DNA of 56,420 nucleotides from a virus (Duplodnaviria; Caudoviricetes): IMG/VR virus record IMGVR_UViG_3300032218_003378, positions 1 to 56,420 of that record; one strand, 5' to 3'. Shown piece by piece: positions 17,330 to 28,400 of this stretch (position 1 is its first letter; each line of letters starts with the position of its first letter). The notes under the pieces were generated by a model. It saw only the letters and a program-made list of their open reading frames with translations, ran no database searches and was not told where the DNA came from. The position numbers and the translations under genes were made by a program.

Positions 17330-20300
17330 TTGGATCTAAGACTTAATATAGTAGCCCTTGGTGATTTTTCTTCCGTAAATAGCCAAATCAAATTATTACA
17401 AGAAAAAGTAATAGCACTTCAAAGTAACCTTGCTGGAGTTGGAATAAATCCAAACATGGCAAAAGATTTGAATGCAATGAATGCTGCTTTCAAGCAGACA
17501 ATGTTGTCAACTAATCAATTTACAGTATCAACGGTAAAACTGACCTCAGAAACAGAAAAATTTGGTCAACAACTTGAAGCGGGAAAGCTAAAATTAACTG
17601 ACTATTATAATATAATTAAGCGTAGATCATCTGAAGCTACAACTCAGATGAAAGCACTTGCAATAGAGCAAACAAAATTACAAAATTCTGTAATAATGAA
17701 CGATCCTACTAAACAGGGCGTATTATCTGTATTTACCCCAACTACTATAAATAAAGTTGCTAATGCAACTAAAATTGCAGCAAATGAAGCAAATCTATAT
17801 GCTATTGCGGTAAACAAAGGATCCCAGGCTCTTATCAATTGGGGTAAAAATACACAGTGGGCAGGTCGTCAATTAACTGTTGGCTTATCTGTACCACTAA
17901 TGTTATTTGGACAACAGGCTACATCAGTATTTAAAGATGTTAATACGGAACTTGTTCGCCTACAAAAAGTATATGGTACGGGATTAGTTCAACCATCAAA
18001 AGCAGCACTTTCTGAAATTAAAAGAGAAGTTTTATCTTTATCTAAAGAACTTGCTTCATCTATGGGTATGGCAGTTAAAGATACTGCAGCAATGGCTGCA
18101 GATCTAGCAGCGACGGGATTACAAGGAAAAGATTTATTATCAGCCACTAGAGAATCTATGAGACTTACAAAATTAGGTGAATTAGATACTCAAAAAGCAA
18201 TGCAAGCAACTATATCATTACAAAATGTTTATAAATTAAGTACAGAAAAATTATCAGGCGCAGTAAATTTTCTTAATGCAGTTGAAAACCAAACATCTAC
18301 AAGTCTTCAAGATTTAGTAGATGGAATTCCACGTGTAGGACCAATTGTAAAGCAATTAGGTGGAGATTTTAAAGATACAGCGATTATGATGGTTGCTATG
18401 AAAGAGGCGGGAGTTCCAGCAGCTCAATCTGCTAATGCTATTAAGTCTGCTCTTGCTTCATTAATTAACCCAACATCTGCTGCTAAAAAAGCATTTATGG
18501 ATTATGGAATTAGTGTTGAATCTATAGCAACATCTACGGGTGGAAATCCAATCAAAATGATCATGGCATTGCAAGATGCATTAAAAGGTTTAGCCCCACT
18601 TGCACAAGCACAATTAATTGAAAAAATGTTTGGTAAATTTCAAGAAGCAAGAATTCAAGCACTAATCACTAATTTAGGTGCAGTAAATAGTCAAACTAAA
18701 ACAGCTTTTGAACTTGCCAATGCAACAGATACTCAGTTATCTAAAATAGCAAAAGGAGAATTAAATACTGCTATAGAATCAACAACTGGAAGATTTCAAC
18801 GTGCAGTTGAATCAATGAAAGCAAATTTGATTCCAATTGGCGAAAAGATACTTGATTTTGCTACTAAATTACTTAATTTTGGAAATTCTATTGCAAAAAT
18901 ATTTGATTCACTTCCAGGACCACTTAAATCACTAGCTGGTGCCCTAGCAGTCGGAGTAGCACTTGCTGGTCCAATTATCATGTTAACTGGTCTGTTAGGC
19001 AACTTTGTTGGTTTCTTAATAAGAGGTGCATTTAATCTCAAGCAACTAGCAACTGGTGGAAAAACATTAGGAACTATGCTTACACCTGAATTAATTGCTG
19101 CCAAAAATGCATCACAAATTTTTGATGCAGGTCTTATGAGTAATGTAGAATCAATTGATTTATTAAATTCAGCAATTAAAAATTTAACTATTAATATGGA
19201 AGGTATGCTTGCAGCAATGTCTGCAACAAGAGGAATAGGATCTGTTATTGCAAGGTCTGCACAAGGAGTCCCAGGTTTTGCGGGACCAACAAAATATGCA
19301 ACAGGTGGATTTGTAAAGGGTAATCCATCAGAAGGAGATATTCATCCAGCATTACTTACTGGAGGAGAAGCAGTAATTCCTTATCCACAATCAATGAAAT
19401 ACTCAGGATTTATTTCTAGAATGATTCAAGGCACACTTCCAAAACATAATGCAGGAAAACATTATCATCCACATCCACAAGGTCAGCCAAACACACCTAT
19501 CGGACTTAATGATAAGCAAGGAGAAATGGAAAATGGAGAGATAGCTTTTATTGGTCCTTCTAAAAGTATGGCTATTGATCGATCAAAAGCTCGTGGAGCC
19601 CCAGCAACATTACAAGGCTCAGCAGAATATATATCTGCAGCAAGCGGAAATAGAGAGGCAATTGCATCAGAGTCTAGAAAAGCAGAATCTAGAATATCTG
19701 CAATTGGTGCAACTCCATCAGCTCTAGAACAGTTAAAAAATTATACTCAACCAGATTTACAACATCTTGGAACATCACACGTTACAGGTCCATTAAATGA
19801 TCAAAAAGTTTGGCTATTATCACAACTAGGATTAGGCAGTGGTGCTGAAAATGGACTTCTTAATTTATTTTCTAAACCAGAAAAATTAACTGAAGATGCA
19901 ATGAAAAAATTAAGAGAAGCAGCAAATAAATTAAAATTAACTGTTTCTAAAGAAGAACAATTGGTAGTAGAAGAAGAGTTTAGAAAAATAAGTGTTGGTG
20001 AACAGCCACATAGTAAAATAGGAACACAGCTTTATGGAAAATTTACAGAATCAATAGTTAAAGAAGTAGAAGCAGATGCTGCAAAAATTAGGTCAGAAGG
20101 AAAAAAACCTACATCTAAATGGATTAAAGGTGTAGACAAAGATGGAAAAATTATACTTGAAGGTAGAACAAGAACAGCTTTTCACGCCAATCAATATCTT
20201 GAAGCAAGGGGAAGTGGAAGGTTAAGAGCTCAAGAAGACCTTATAGCTAGTAATTATGTAACTCCAAGTAATTCAGGAAAAAATTTAACTGAAGTAAAAC

Positions 20301-23300
20301 AATGGGCTAAAGATAATCCAGGGGTCAATGCTACAGATAGAGTTTTTGACCCAACATCAATTAATGCAAGAAAAGTAGAATATCAAAAAACACTTCAGCA
20401 AGAATTAAAAATGTTGCAAGATGCTGGTAAACAACAAACTATAGAATATAAAAAGATACAAGAAAATCTTCTTCAGATTCAAAAAATGAAAGATAATGAA
20501 TCGTTAATGCTAGAGATTAAAAATAGCAGAGATAAACTTCTTACTCTTCAAGAAGGATCTGCTGAGTATACAGCCGTTGCACGTAAATTAGGTCAACAAT
20601 TTAATCAAGGATTAGCATTAGGAATATCTCAAGATACGCTAGTTGCAGTAGCAGGTAAAAAAATTGCCAATGCTGCAATAACTGCAGTTGCAACTACTCA
20701 AAAGAGTAAGTCTCCATCATTTGTTGCAAGAATGCTAGGACGTTGGTTTGGAATTGGTTATGATAAAGGAATTCAGGATGAAATCCCTGCAACTATAATA
20801 GCTGGTGCAGAGTTAGCAGGTGCTGCAGAAATTGGTGCTAGTGGTGGAAAAGGTCTTAAAGGTTTATTTAAGGGTGGAATAGGAAAGGGAGCGGGAGCTG
20901 GTATGGCTGCAATGATGATTGCACCAATGATCACCCCGCAATTAGCAAAAGTCCCAGGAGTAGGAAAAGAATTAGGAACATCAGCTTCATGGGCATCTAT
21001 GGCATCTATGACTATGAACCCATATATTATAGGTGCAGCAGCAGTTGCAGGATTTGCATATGGTGGTATACAACATCTTATTGAAATTGAAAAAAGACAT
21101 GAAGCACAAGCAAAGGCAACATTTACTGCAAGCACAAATGCAATGCAATTTTTTGGACAATCTATAGCAAATACAGAACATCAATTATCTAATTTTACAC
21201 AAACTGTTACTACCTATGATGGTGAATCAGAGATATTAGCTTCAAATCTTAAATATACAAATAATGAACTTAATTCATTTAAAAAATTAATTACATCGTT
21301 ACCAACAAATGATCCATTATCATTAATAATTGAAAAAATTAAAGAGACTCATAATTCAGGATCTGCAGCTAAAGTAGCTCAAGATTTTGTTAATACGCAA
21401 ATGGCAATTAATGGTATAAGTAAAGAAAATGCAGATAAATTGATTCAATTAATTCTAGTTTTAGGTGGACATTCAGATATTGCAGCATCAACATCTGCAT
21501 CGTTGCCTACCCAGCTGGGTGCAATTAAAAAACTTCTTTCAGACTCATCAGGAAATGCAAAAACATTACAAACTAATTTGGGTGCTTTATCAAATCTTGC
21601 TGTAAACACAACATCATGGGAACAATTTAAAGCAATTCTCGATGGAATTGCACAATCTGGACTGTCAGCATCACAAACAGTTCAAGGGTTATATAATTAT
21701 TTAATGGGAATTGGAGATGTAAAAGCTGCACAAGCAGTAGTGCAATTGGGTCAAGCGGGGTATGATGCTTTTTCAGCAAATGCAGTTGCTCAAAAACTTA
21801 CTGCTGGTGGATATAATGTTGATTTTAGTGGAATGGGCAAAACATCTGGAAAAACATTAGCTTTCGAAAATGCTGCAGATTTTGCAAAACAACTTAATGA
21901 TCCTAAAAGTGCACTTAATAAAGCAATAAACGTTGTAGATGCAGCAACACTAAAATCAGGTGGAGGAACTAATCCAGGTAAAATATCACCAACACTTTCT
22001 GCAGCAGAATTAAAAAAACTTAATGATAGAATAGCAAAAGAAGAAAAATCTCTTAAAATTGAAAAAGATAAAAAAGCAATACTTGATAAACAATTAAAAA
22101 CACAAAGAGATATTACTTCAGAAATACAAAGACAACAACAATTTAATCTTTCTAAGACAGATCTTGAAAATCAAATCAGATTAGCTAACGCTTCTGGTGA
22201 TTTTATGAAAGCAGCATTATTACAACAACAACTTACTGGTACTACTGTTGATTTTGCTAATCAAGGAAATCTTAATGATCTTCAGTCACAAGCAGATAAA
22301 CAAGCAGAATTAGTATCTAGTATGCAGCTAGCATTAGATGAAGATAAAGCAGCTTTACAAAAAAATACAGATGCTATAAATGCAAATACTGCTGTAAAAT
22401 CATCAAATGGTAACGGAACAACCAGCCTCACTGGAAAAGGTGGAAACCTTACACTCCCTGGTCAAGGCGGAACAGCCATACCAGGTCTTTCTGATATGAC
22501 AGAAAAAGCTGCAAGACAATCTGGTTTTACAGGTAAAAATTGGATGGTTACAAAAAAGGATGCAAAAGGTAATGACTATAAAACTTTATCTGATGAGGCA
22601 AGATCATTTCTTGTACAACAATTTCCAGAATCAGCAGCAGTAGGTGGATTTACATATCAAGGAAGACAATATAATTATGATACTCAAAAAGGTAAATATA
22701 TTGATGTTGGAGCAGAAGGCCCAAATGCACCAGCTCCAAATTCAGCTACAGTAAATAAAGTAACTACTTTTAGCACAGGTTCAGCAAAAACATTATTTGA
22801 TGCCAAAACAAATGCATATGCACAAGCTAAAAAAGTTAATTATAATAGTGATCAAGGGATTCAATTTGGTTTTGCAGGCAAGACATATTCAACAGACGTA
22901 TTGCAAAATATTTATGGGGCAGATTATAATAACCAATCTATTGATTCACAAATTAATGATGCAGAAGCTAAAAAAACTACTATTGCAATGGTAAAAGCAC
23001 AGTTAGCACTTGATAAAGCAACTGCAAAATTAAAATCTGACCAGCTTGCACAAGCTGCAGCACAGAAAAAATTTAATACAGCATCTTCAAAAATGAAAGC
23101 TGCACAAACAAAATATAATAAAGCAAAAGCAGGTGCTGCTAAAACTGCCGCAGCAACAGCATTAAATTCTGCAAAAACAGAACTTAATACAGCTAAATCG
23201 GGATTAGATAAATATCCAGCCTCTTTAATAATTTCTGATAATAAAGCAGTTTCTTCTGCAAAAACTGCTTTAACTAAGGCTAGAGGGTATGCAGATGGTG

Positions 23301-24988
23301 GACATATTAGAGGAGCAGGAACAGCAACATCTGATTCTATTCCCGCTTACCTTTCAAATGGCGAATATGTAATTAAAGCAGATACGGTAAGTAAATACGG
23401 CACAGAATTTTTTGATTCATTAAATGCACAACATTTTGCTAATGGTAGCTTAGGCGGAGTATCAGCATTATGGAACAAATTTAAAAATCAGTCTAATAAA
23501 TCTGCTACAGGGTCTATGATGACGGGATTACTTGAAAATTTAGGTACCCTAGGGCAAACTGCATTACATAGTTTAGCCCCACAATTCATTTCAAACACAA
23601 GTAAAAAACAAAATAAAGATTTACAAGAATTTTCTGGTATACCTTCAATATATAGATCATTAGCAGGAAAAACATCACAAAGTCCATTTTCATTACAGAC
23701 TGGTAATAAAAAAGCTGGAAAATGGATGGATTATTTATCTGCAGCAACTATGTTTCTTCCTACAAAAGGAGCAGTTCCAGCAGCAGAACATTCAGCTTTA
23801 ACACGTTCATTATCCGCAGATACAATTAAATCTATTAAAACTTATCAAGCGAGTATTGCTGAATATAGATCTAGTTTAAATAAAATAAACAGTGGTGAAT
23901 TTTTTGAAGGAAAGCCTTATTTTAAGCTAGAAGACAAACCAATATTTATAAAAAATTATGAAGATCTAATTGCTGATTCTTTAAGATTAATTAAATTAGG
24001 TAGAAAAACTGATACGCCTCCAGGAGGACTTCCTTCACTTCAATTATATACAGACAGACCTATGTTTGCACAAAATCAAGACTGGGGAATAATTAATACA
24101 ATGCTTACCAGAAAAACAATTGGTAAAGATCAAACTGTATATAGAGCACTCAGTCAAAATGATTTGGCAGAAATTGTGGGTTATAAAAAAGGGTCTCCTT
24201 GGGAAAGCATTACAAATAGATGGAAAACAAATGCAACAGAATTAATTGCAAAATCTGGAAAACCAGCACCAAATTTTAATGACCCAGCAGCAGCAGCGTT
24301 TAGAGATTTTGATAAAGGTATTAATATTAATGATTCATGGATACCAGGTCTTGGAAAATCTGCCACAGATAGCCTAGAGTGGGCTAAATCAATAGCAGCA
24401 AAAGGTGGAACTGGTGGTGGAGAAATGAATGCCATTGCAAAAATAATTTTAGGTAAAGATATTAAAGGAATTTCAAACCTAATGGATTTAGGCCTAGGTG
24501 GAAATAGATATAATTTAGCTGACAAAGAACAATTTATTGCACCATTTACAGAATATGTTTTAAAAGAAATTAATCCATTTGCACACAAAATTCCAGGGAC
24601 AGGTGAATTTGTTGGGGAAGGAAAACATCAATACTGGTCAGGTGGTAATAATTTTTCTAAATTCATAAGTGAATATGTTTTTGAAGCTGTTCGTACACTA
24701 CCTTCTGGTCACATACCTCATTTTTCAAAAGGTGGATTTGCTAATTATAAATTACCTTCATTTGACGTAGGAACAAATTACGTTACTAACGATATGATTG
24801 CTCAAATACATAAAGGTGAAGCAATTATTCCTGCAAGCCAAAATAATGGTATAATGGGTAGTACATTCAATATTACAGTAAATGCGGGATCTAATGCAGA
24901 TGCCAATGATATTGCTAAAGCAGTAATGGATACTATAAAGCGTAATACTGCTATGACAAGTACGGATAGAAGGTTTGTTTCACAATGA
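17330..24988 (+). CDS. Tail tape measure protein with inserted cargo domains (ADP-ribosyltransferase-like near C-terminus)
   Basis: 2552 aa after the chaperones; Ala-rich helical core (WGKNTQWAGRQL, AVENQTSTSLQDL), SPS motif, GG..G...D..PA.L..GE.VI motifs, C-terminal FNITVNA..DA.DIA..V. Confidence 0.92.
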   Translation: MDLRLNIVALGDFSSVNSQIKLLQEKVIALQSNLAGVGINPNMAKDLNAMNAAFKQTMLSTNQFTVSTVKLTSETEKFGQQLEAGKLKLTDYYNIIKRRSSEATTQMKALAIEQTKLQNSVIMNDPTKQGVLSVFTPTTINKVANATKIAANEANLYAIAVNKGSQALINWGKNTQWAGRQLTVGLSVPLMLFGQQATSVFKDVNTELVRLQKVYGTGLVQPSKAALSEIKREVLSLSKELASSMGMAVKDTAAMAADLAATGLQGKDLLSATRESMRLTKLGELDTQKAMQATISLQNVYKLSTEKLSGAVNFLNAVENQTSTSLQDLVDGIPRVGPIVKQLGGDFKDTAIMMVAMKEAGVPAAQSANAIKSALASLINPTSAAKKAFMDYGISVESIATSTGGNPIKMIMALQDALKGLAPLAQAQLIEKMFGKFQEARIQALITNLGAVNSQTKTAFELANATDTQLSKIAKGELNTAIESTTGRFQRAVESMKANLIPIGEKILDFATKLLNFGNSIAKIFDSLPGPLKSLAGALAVGVALAGPIIMLTGLLGNFVGFLIRGAFNLKQLATGGKTLGTMLTPELIAAKNASQIFDAGLMSNVESIDLLNSAIKNLTINMEGMLAAMSATRGIGSVIARSAQGVPGFAGPTKYATGGFVKGNPSEGDIHPALLTGGEAVIPYPQSMKYSGFISRMIQGTLPKHNAGKHYHPHPQGQPNTPIGLNDKQGEMENGEIAFIGPSKSMAIDRSKARGAPATLQGSAEYISAASGNREAIASESRKAESRISAIGATPSALEQLKNYTQPDLQHLGTSHVTGPLNDQKVWLLSQLGLGSGAENGLLNLFSKPEKLTEDAMKKLREAANKLKLTVSKEEQLVVEEEFRKISVGEQPHSKIGTQLYGKFTESIVKEVEADAAKIRSEGKKPTSKWIKGVDKDGKIILEGRTRTAFHANQYLEARGSGRLRAQEDLIASNYVTPSNSGKNLTEVKQWAKDNPGVNATDRVFDPTSINARKVEYQKTLQQELKMLQDAGKQQTIEYKKIQENLLQIQKMKDNESLMLEIKNSRDKLLTLQEGSAEYTAVARKLGQQFNQGLALGISQDTLVAVAGKKIANAAITAVATTQKSKSPSFVARMLGRWFGIGYDKGIQDEIPATIIAGAELAGAAEIGASGGKGLKGLFKGGIGKGAGAGMAAMMIAPMITPQLAKVPGVGKELGTSASWASMASMTMNPYIIGAAAVAGFAYGGIQHLIEIEKRHEAQAKATFTASTNAMQFFGQSIANTEHQLSNFTQTVTTYDGESEILASNLKYTNNELNSFKKLITSLPTNDPLSLIIEKIKETHNSGSAAKVAQDFVNTQMAINGISKENADKLIQLILVLGGHSDIAASTSASLPTQLGAIKKLLSDSSGNAKTLQTNLGALSNLAVNTTSWEQFKAILDGIAQSGLSASQTVQGLYNYLMGIGDVKAAQAVVQLGQAGYDAFSANAVAQKLTAGGYNVDFSGMGKTSGKTLAFENAADFAKQLNDPKSALNKAINVVDAATLKSGGGTNPGKISPTLSAAELKKLNDRIAKEEKSLKIEKDKKAILDKQLKTQRDITSEIQRQQQFNLSKTDLENQIRLANASGDFMKAALLQQQLTGTTVDFANQGNLNDLQSQADKQAELVSSMQLALDEDKAALQKNTDAINANTAVKSSNGNGTTSLTGKGGNLTLPGQGGTAIPGLSDMTEKAARQSGFTGKNWMVTKKDAKGNDYKTLSDEARSFLVQQFPESAAVGGFTYQGRQYNYDTQKGKYIDVGAEGPNAPAPNSATVNKVTTFSTGSAKTLFDAKTNAYAQAKKVNYNSDQGIQFGFAGKTYSTDVLQNIYGADYNNQSIDSQINDAEAKKTTIAMVKAQLALDKATAKLKSDQLAQAAAQKKFNTASSKMKAAQTKYNKAKAGAAKTAAATALNSAKTELNTAKSGLDKYPASLIISDNKAVSSAKTALTKARGYADGGHIRGAGTATSDSIPAYLSNGEYVIKADTVSKYGTEFFDSLNAQHFANGSLGGVSALWNKFKNQSNKSATGSMMTGLLENLGTLGQTALHSLAPQFISNTSKKQNKDLQEFSGIPSIYRSLAGKTSQSPFSLQTGNKKAGKWMDYLSAATMFLPTKGAVPAAEHSALTRSLSADTIKSIKTYQASIAEYRSSLNKINSGEFFEGKPYFKLEDKPIFIKNYEDLIADSLRLIKLGRKTDTPPGGLPSLQLYTDRPMFAQNQDWGIINTMLTRKTIGKDQTVYRALSQNDLAEIVGYKKGSPWESITNRWKTNATELIAKSGKPAPNFNDPAAAAFRDFDKGININDSWIPGLGKSATDSLEWAKSIAAKGGTGGGEMNAIAKIILGKDIKGISNLMDLGLGGNRYNLADKEQFIAPFTEYVLKEINPFAHKIPGTGEFVGEGKHQYWSGGNNFSKFISEYVFEAVRTLPSGHIPHFSKGGFANYKLPSFDVGTNYVTNDMIAQIHKGEAIIPASQNNGIMGSTFNITVNAGSNADANDIAKAVMDTIKRNTAMTSTDRRFVSQ
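24847..24855 (+). promoter_or_regulatory. Possible internal extended -10 promoter TGGTATAAT in 3' end of tape measure gene
   Basis: Perfect match to the intergenic motif, 130 nt upstream of the next gene; could be chance in AT-rich DNA. Confidence 0.4.
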
Positions 24989-25482
24989 AAATAGCAATAG
25001 GTGTTCAGGTGTCGTTAGATAATTCAACATGGTACAAGTTATCTGATCATTCCCGTTCTCCTATTCAAATTAGTTATGAAAACATAGAGACCTCTCAACG
25101 CATGGCAAACGGCAAACTTAGAAAATATGTTATTGCAAGCAAGAAGAAAATTTCAACAGATTGGCAGAACCTTCCTTCCCTAGATTCAAATGTAGTAGAT
25201 TATAGTGCAGGTGGACATGGAGCAGCATGGATGAAGTCATTTTATGATGGAAATGTATTTTTGCCTATTTATGTTAAATTAATTTATGCTAAAGAAACTA
25301 CTGCAACTTATAACGCAGTACCAGTCAATTCAACATATTCTGATTCATTTAAAACAACAGGAGATGTATTTCAGGCTTACATGACAGGTTTTACTTACGA
25401 TGTTCAAAAAAGAATGGTGAGTAGTAGCGCAAGTACTGGATATGATTATGTCAACGTTAAAATAGATTTTACGGAGATATAA
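24985..25482 (+). CDS. Distal tail (Dit-like) minor tail protein
   Basis: 165 aa directly after the tape measure gene; RMANG.LR.Y.IA.K..I...W..LP motif. Confidence 0.65.
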   Translation: MKIAIGVQVSLDNSTWYKLSDHSRSPIQISYENIETSQRMANGKLRKYVIASKKKISTDWQNLPSLDSNVVDYSAGGHGAAWMKSFYDGNVFLPIYVKLIYAKETTATYNAVPVNSTYSDSFKTTGDVFQAYMTGFTYDVQKRMVSSSASTGYDYVNVKIDFTEI

Positions 25483-28400
25483 TGCTATTTTCAACAGACA
25501 CAACAACAAAAAATTATTTTGAGGGTGGAACAGCTAATGTTCTTCCCTTTATATCTGGAGAGTGGAATTATAATCTTGTACTAGCCCCATACGTTACATT
25601 TGCTGGATCAGGAAATACAATAAATACTGCAGAAATGCTAAATGCGGGAGATTGGACTAAATCTTCATCATCAGTATCAGTAATATATTCATCAAGCCTT
25701 GGTAAAAAAACTAGTGTATTTACTACAGGACATGCTTTACAATTTTCAATAACTCCAACTACTGTAAATGGTAAAGTTGATTTAGCAAAATATAACAATT
25801 TTAATGGATCTGCATCCTACAAAATTAAATTTGGTCAAAATACAAATAAATGTTTTAAGGTTATTTTTTATGCAAAATCTTTAAATAATAATATTATAAA
25901 TCTTGTTACACAGGCTACAAGTCAAGATTCAATACTTAATGGATCAAGCTCAGATGTTTTAGATAATATTGATTGGCAAAAAGTAGAAATGGTTGTAGGT
26001 CAAAGATCTACAGATGCCCCATACGCAGACATGGATATAACTTTAGATTTTACAAATAATACTTTAAATAGCGAAGAGACATGGGGAATTCTTGTAAGTC
26101 AAATTCAAATTTATGAAATTACACAATTTGACTATGAGCATGGAAAACTATATCCAACTTTAAACGCATTTACATATTTTAGACCTGGAGAAAGTTATGT
26201 TAATTCAGGAAATTCAGCAATTCCTGCCCCAAATGAATCTGGGGGCATTACAAGAACTATTGATTTAACATCAGTAAAATCGGGAAATTGGAATAATGTA
26301 ATGCCTGTTAGTCCAGTAGTATATGCACCTAGAACATTGTTTATGCCATCTAAATGTAATCCAATATTTAAAAATGGAGTACTTACTTCATTTTCTCAGT
26401 ATAAGTATTTTGTTTCAGAAAAAACAAGTGGCAATACATCAATAGGTGCTTTTTATCCAGAATTATTAAGTGCAAACAAAATTGTTCTTAAGTTTAATTT
26501 AAGTCAATCAAAACCAGATAATCTTATTTTAAAACTTTACAATACTGCAAACAATTTAATTACTCCAGTAACAACATTGAATATACCAGGTTCATGGATA
26601 TCTGACGCTGGAGTATGTATTCTATATTGGAATGGATCTACATGGACAAATTCTAAGTGGTCTTGGACACCAACGGGTAATTCTAATATGCCAACTATTG
26701 ATGATTCAGGTAATATATCGATGTATGTATCTGGAAATAAAGTCAATGGATATCAAAGTATAAATAAAATTGTTGTAACTCAAGTATCCTCAACCCCAGT
26801 TTCAAATTATAACTTATCTTCAGGTCAAGACTCATATGATGAATTAAGAAGGTTTCAAGTAATTGAAGTATCTCCAAGGCTTGAGTTAGATATGTCATCA
26901 TTTGTAATAGATTATGATATTAAAAAAGAAATTGATAATAATAATACTCCTTTGCCAATTTCTGCTATGTCTGCAAATTCAGCAACTATTACTTTTTCAA
27001 ACATACCTTTGACTGGTGCAGGAAATGCACCATTATCAGTTTTTTCAACAAATGCAAATACACTTGCTTACATAACACCACTTGCTGGAATGCTTGTAAA
27101 AAATGTTAAGTTTTATATTAATCATTATGTTCCAGGACTATCAAATAAAATAATTCCAGCTGGAGTATTCTATGTAGATGCTTGGGACAATCAAGATATT
27201 AAATCAACTAAAGTAAATTGTTTTGACATAATGAAATTTTTACAATCGCTGCCAGTTTCAGATTATGTATCTCAAAATCAAAGTTTAATTAATGTTTTTA
27301 GTAACATATTGGATTTTACAGGATTTACTGATTATGATTATGATCAGTTAAAAGAATTATTTACAAGTAACAATCAATTGATATCTACAAGTTTTTTCTT
27401 TGCAGATTCAGCAAGTAAAACATTGTATAAAATTTTACAAGAAGCTTTTATGTCATATCAAGTCGGTGCATGGATAGATGAATATGGGGTTATGCGTTTT
27501 AAAAGTTTACAAAATATTTTAACTAATTATACTTCTTCGTATGACATAAACGATGCAAATATAATAGAGAATGGTTATAATGAAACTATTAAAACTAAAA
27601 TAGGTAAAATTTTAATGCGTTATCGAGCTCCTCAAATTAAAAGAAGCATTGCAATTAACGATCCAAATAAATCACAAAGTATTTTAAAAGTTGCCCCAGA
27701 TATTATTTGGCAACAAGATTCTGAAGATTTAGTTCCATTTAACCTTCTTAAAACTTCAATTAATAGTTTATCTCAAAATTATTATGAAACAGATCAAGGT
27801 GGTCTTCAAAGCATGTTCTTTACAAATACAATTAATCATAATGGATATTGTATTATAGAAGGCGAAATTATGTCATCTGGAAACTTTGAATTTTCTTTAA
27901 TTGGGCAAGATAAAGATCCATTAAATCCAAATGGAGTTATTATTAAGGGTCAAGAAACTATTTATCCAACTAATGAAACAGAACTATCTTCTATGGTCGG
28001 TTCTTTTTCAAATAGGGTGGGATCTCAAAATGTTATACAAACTCCAACTGGAAGATATGTGAATGTACAAAGAGGTTTGTTTGGAACAGAAGCCAAAGCA
28101 CACCTAGTTATGAACTCTTCTAGTGATTATAGATTAAAATTTAATACATTACAAATGTCTTCATCAGGAATAATTGGTAAACCTTTACAAGAGCTAAATG
28201 TTTATAAAAATGTAATACAAGTAACAAGTGCAAGCCCAGGAAATAAAACTATGGTTACTGCAAACGAACAAGATACTGGTTTTTCAACATACTCAGTAAA
28301 ATTTAAATTTCCAACTTCAGTAACAGATGTTTCATCAGGTATATTTTTAGGGAAGCCAAGCTCTGGGTCGGGAGTCACATATTTTGTAGAATTACTATCT

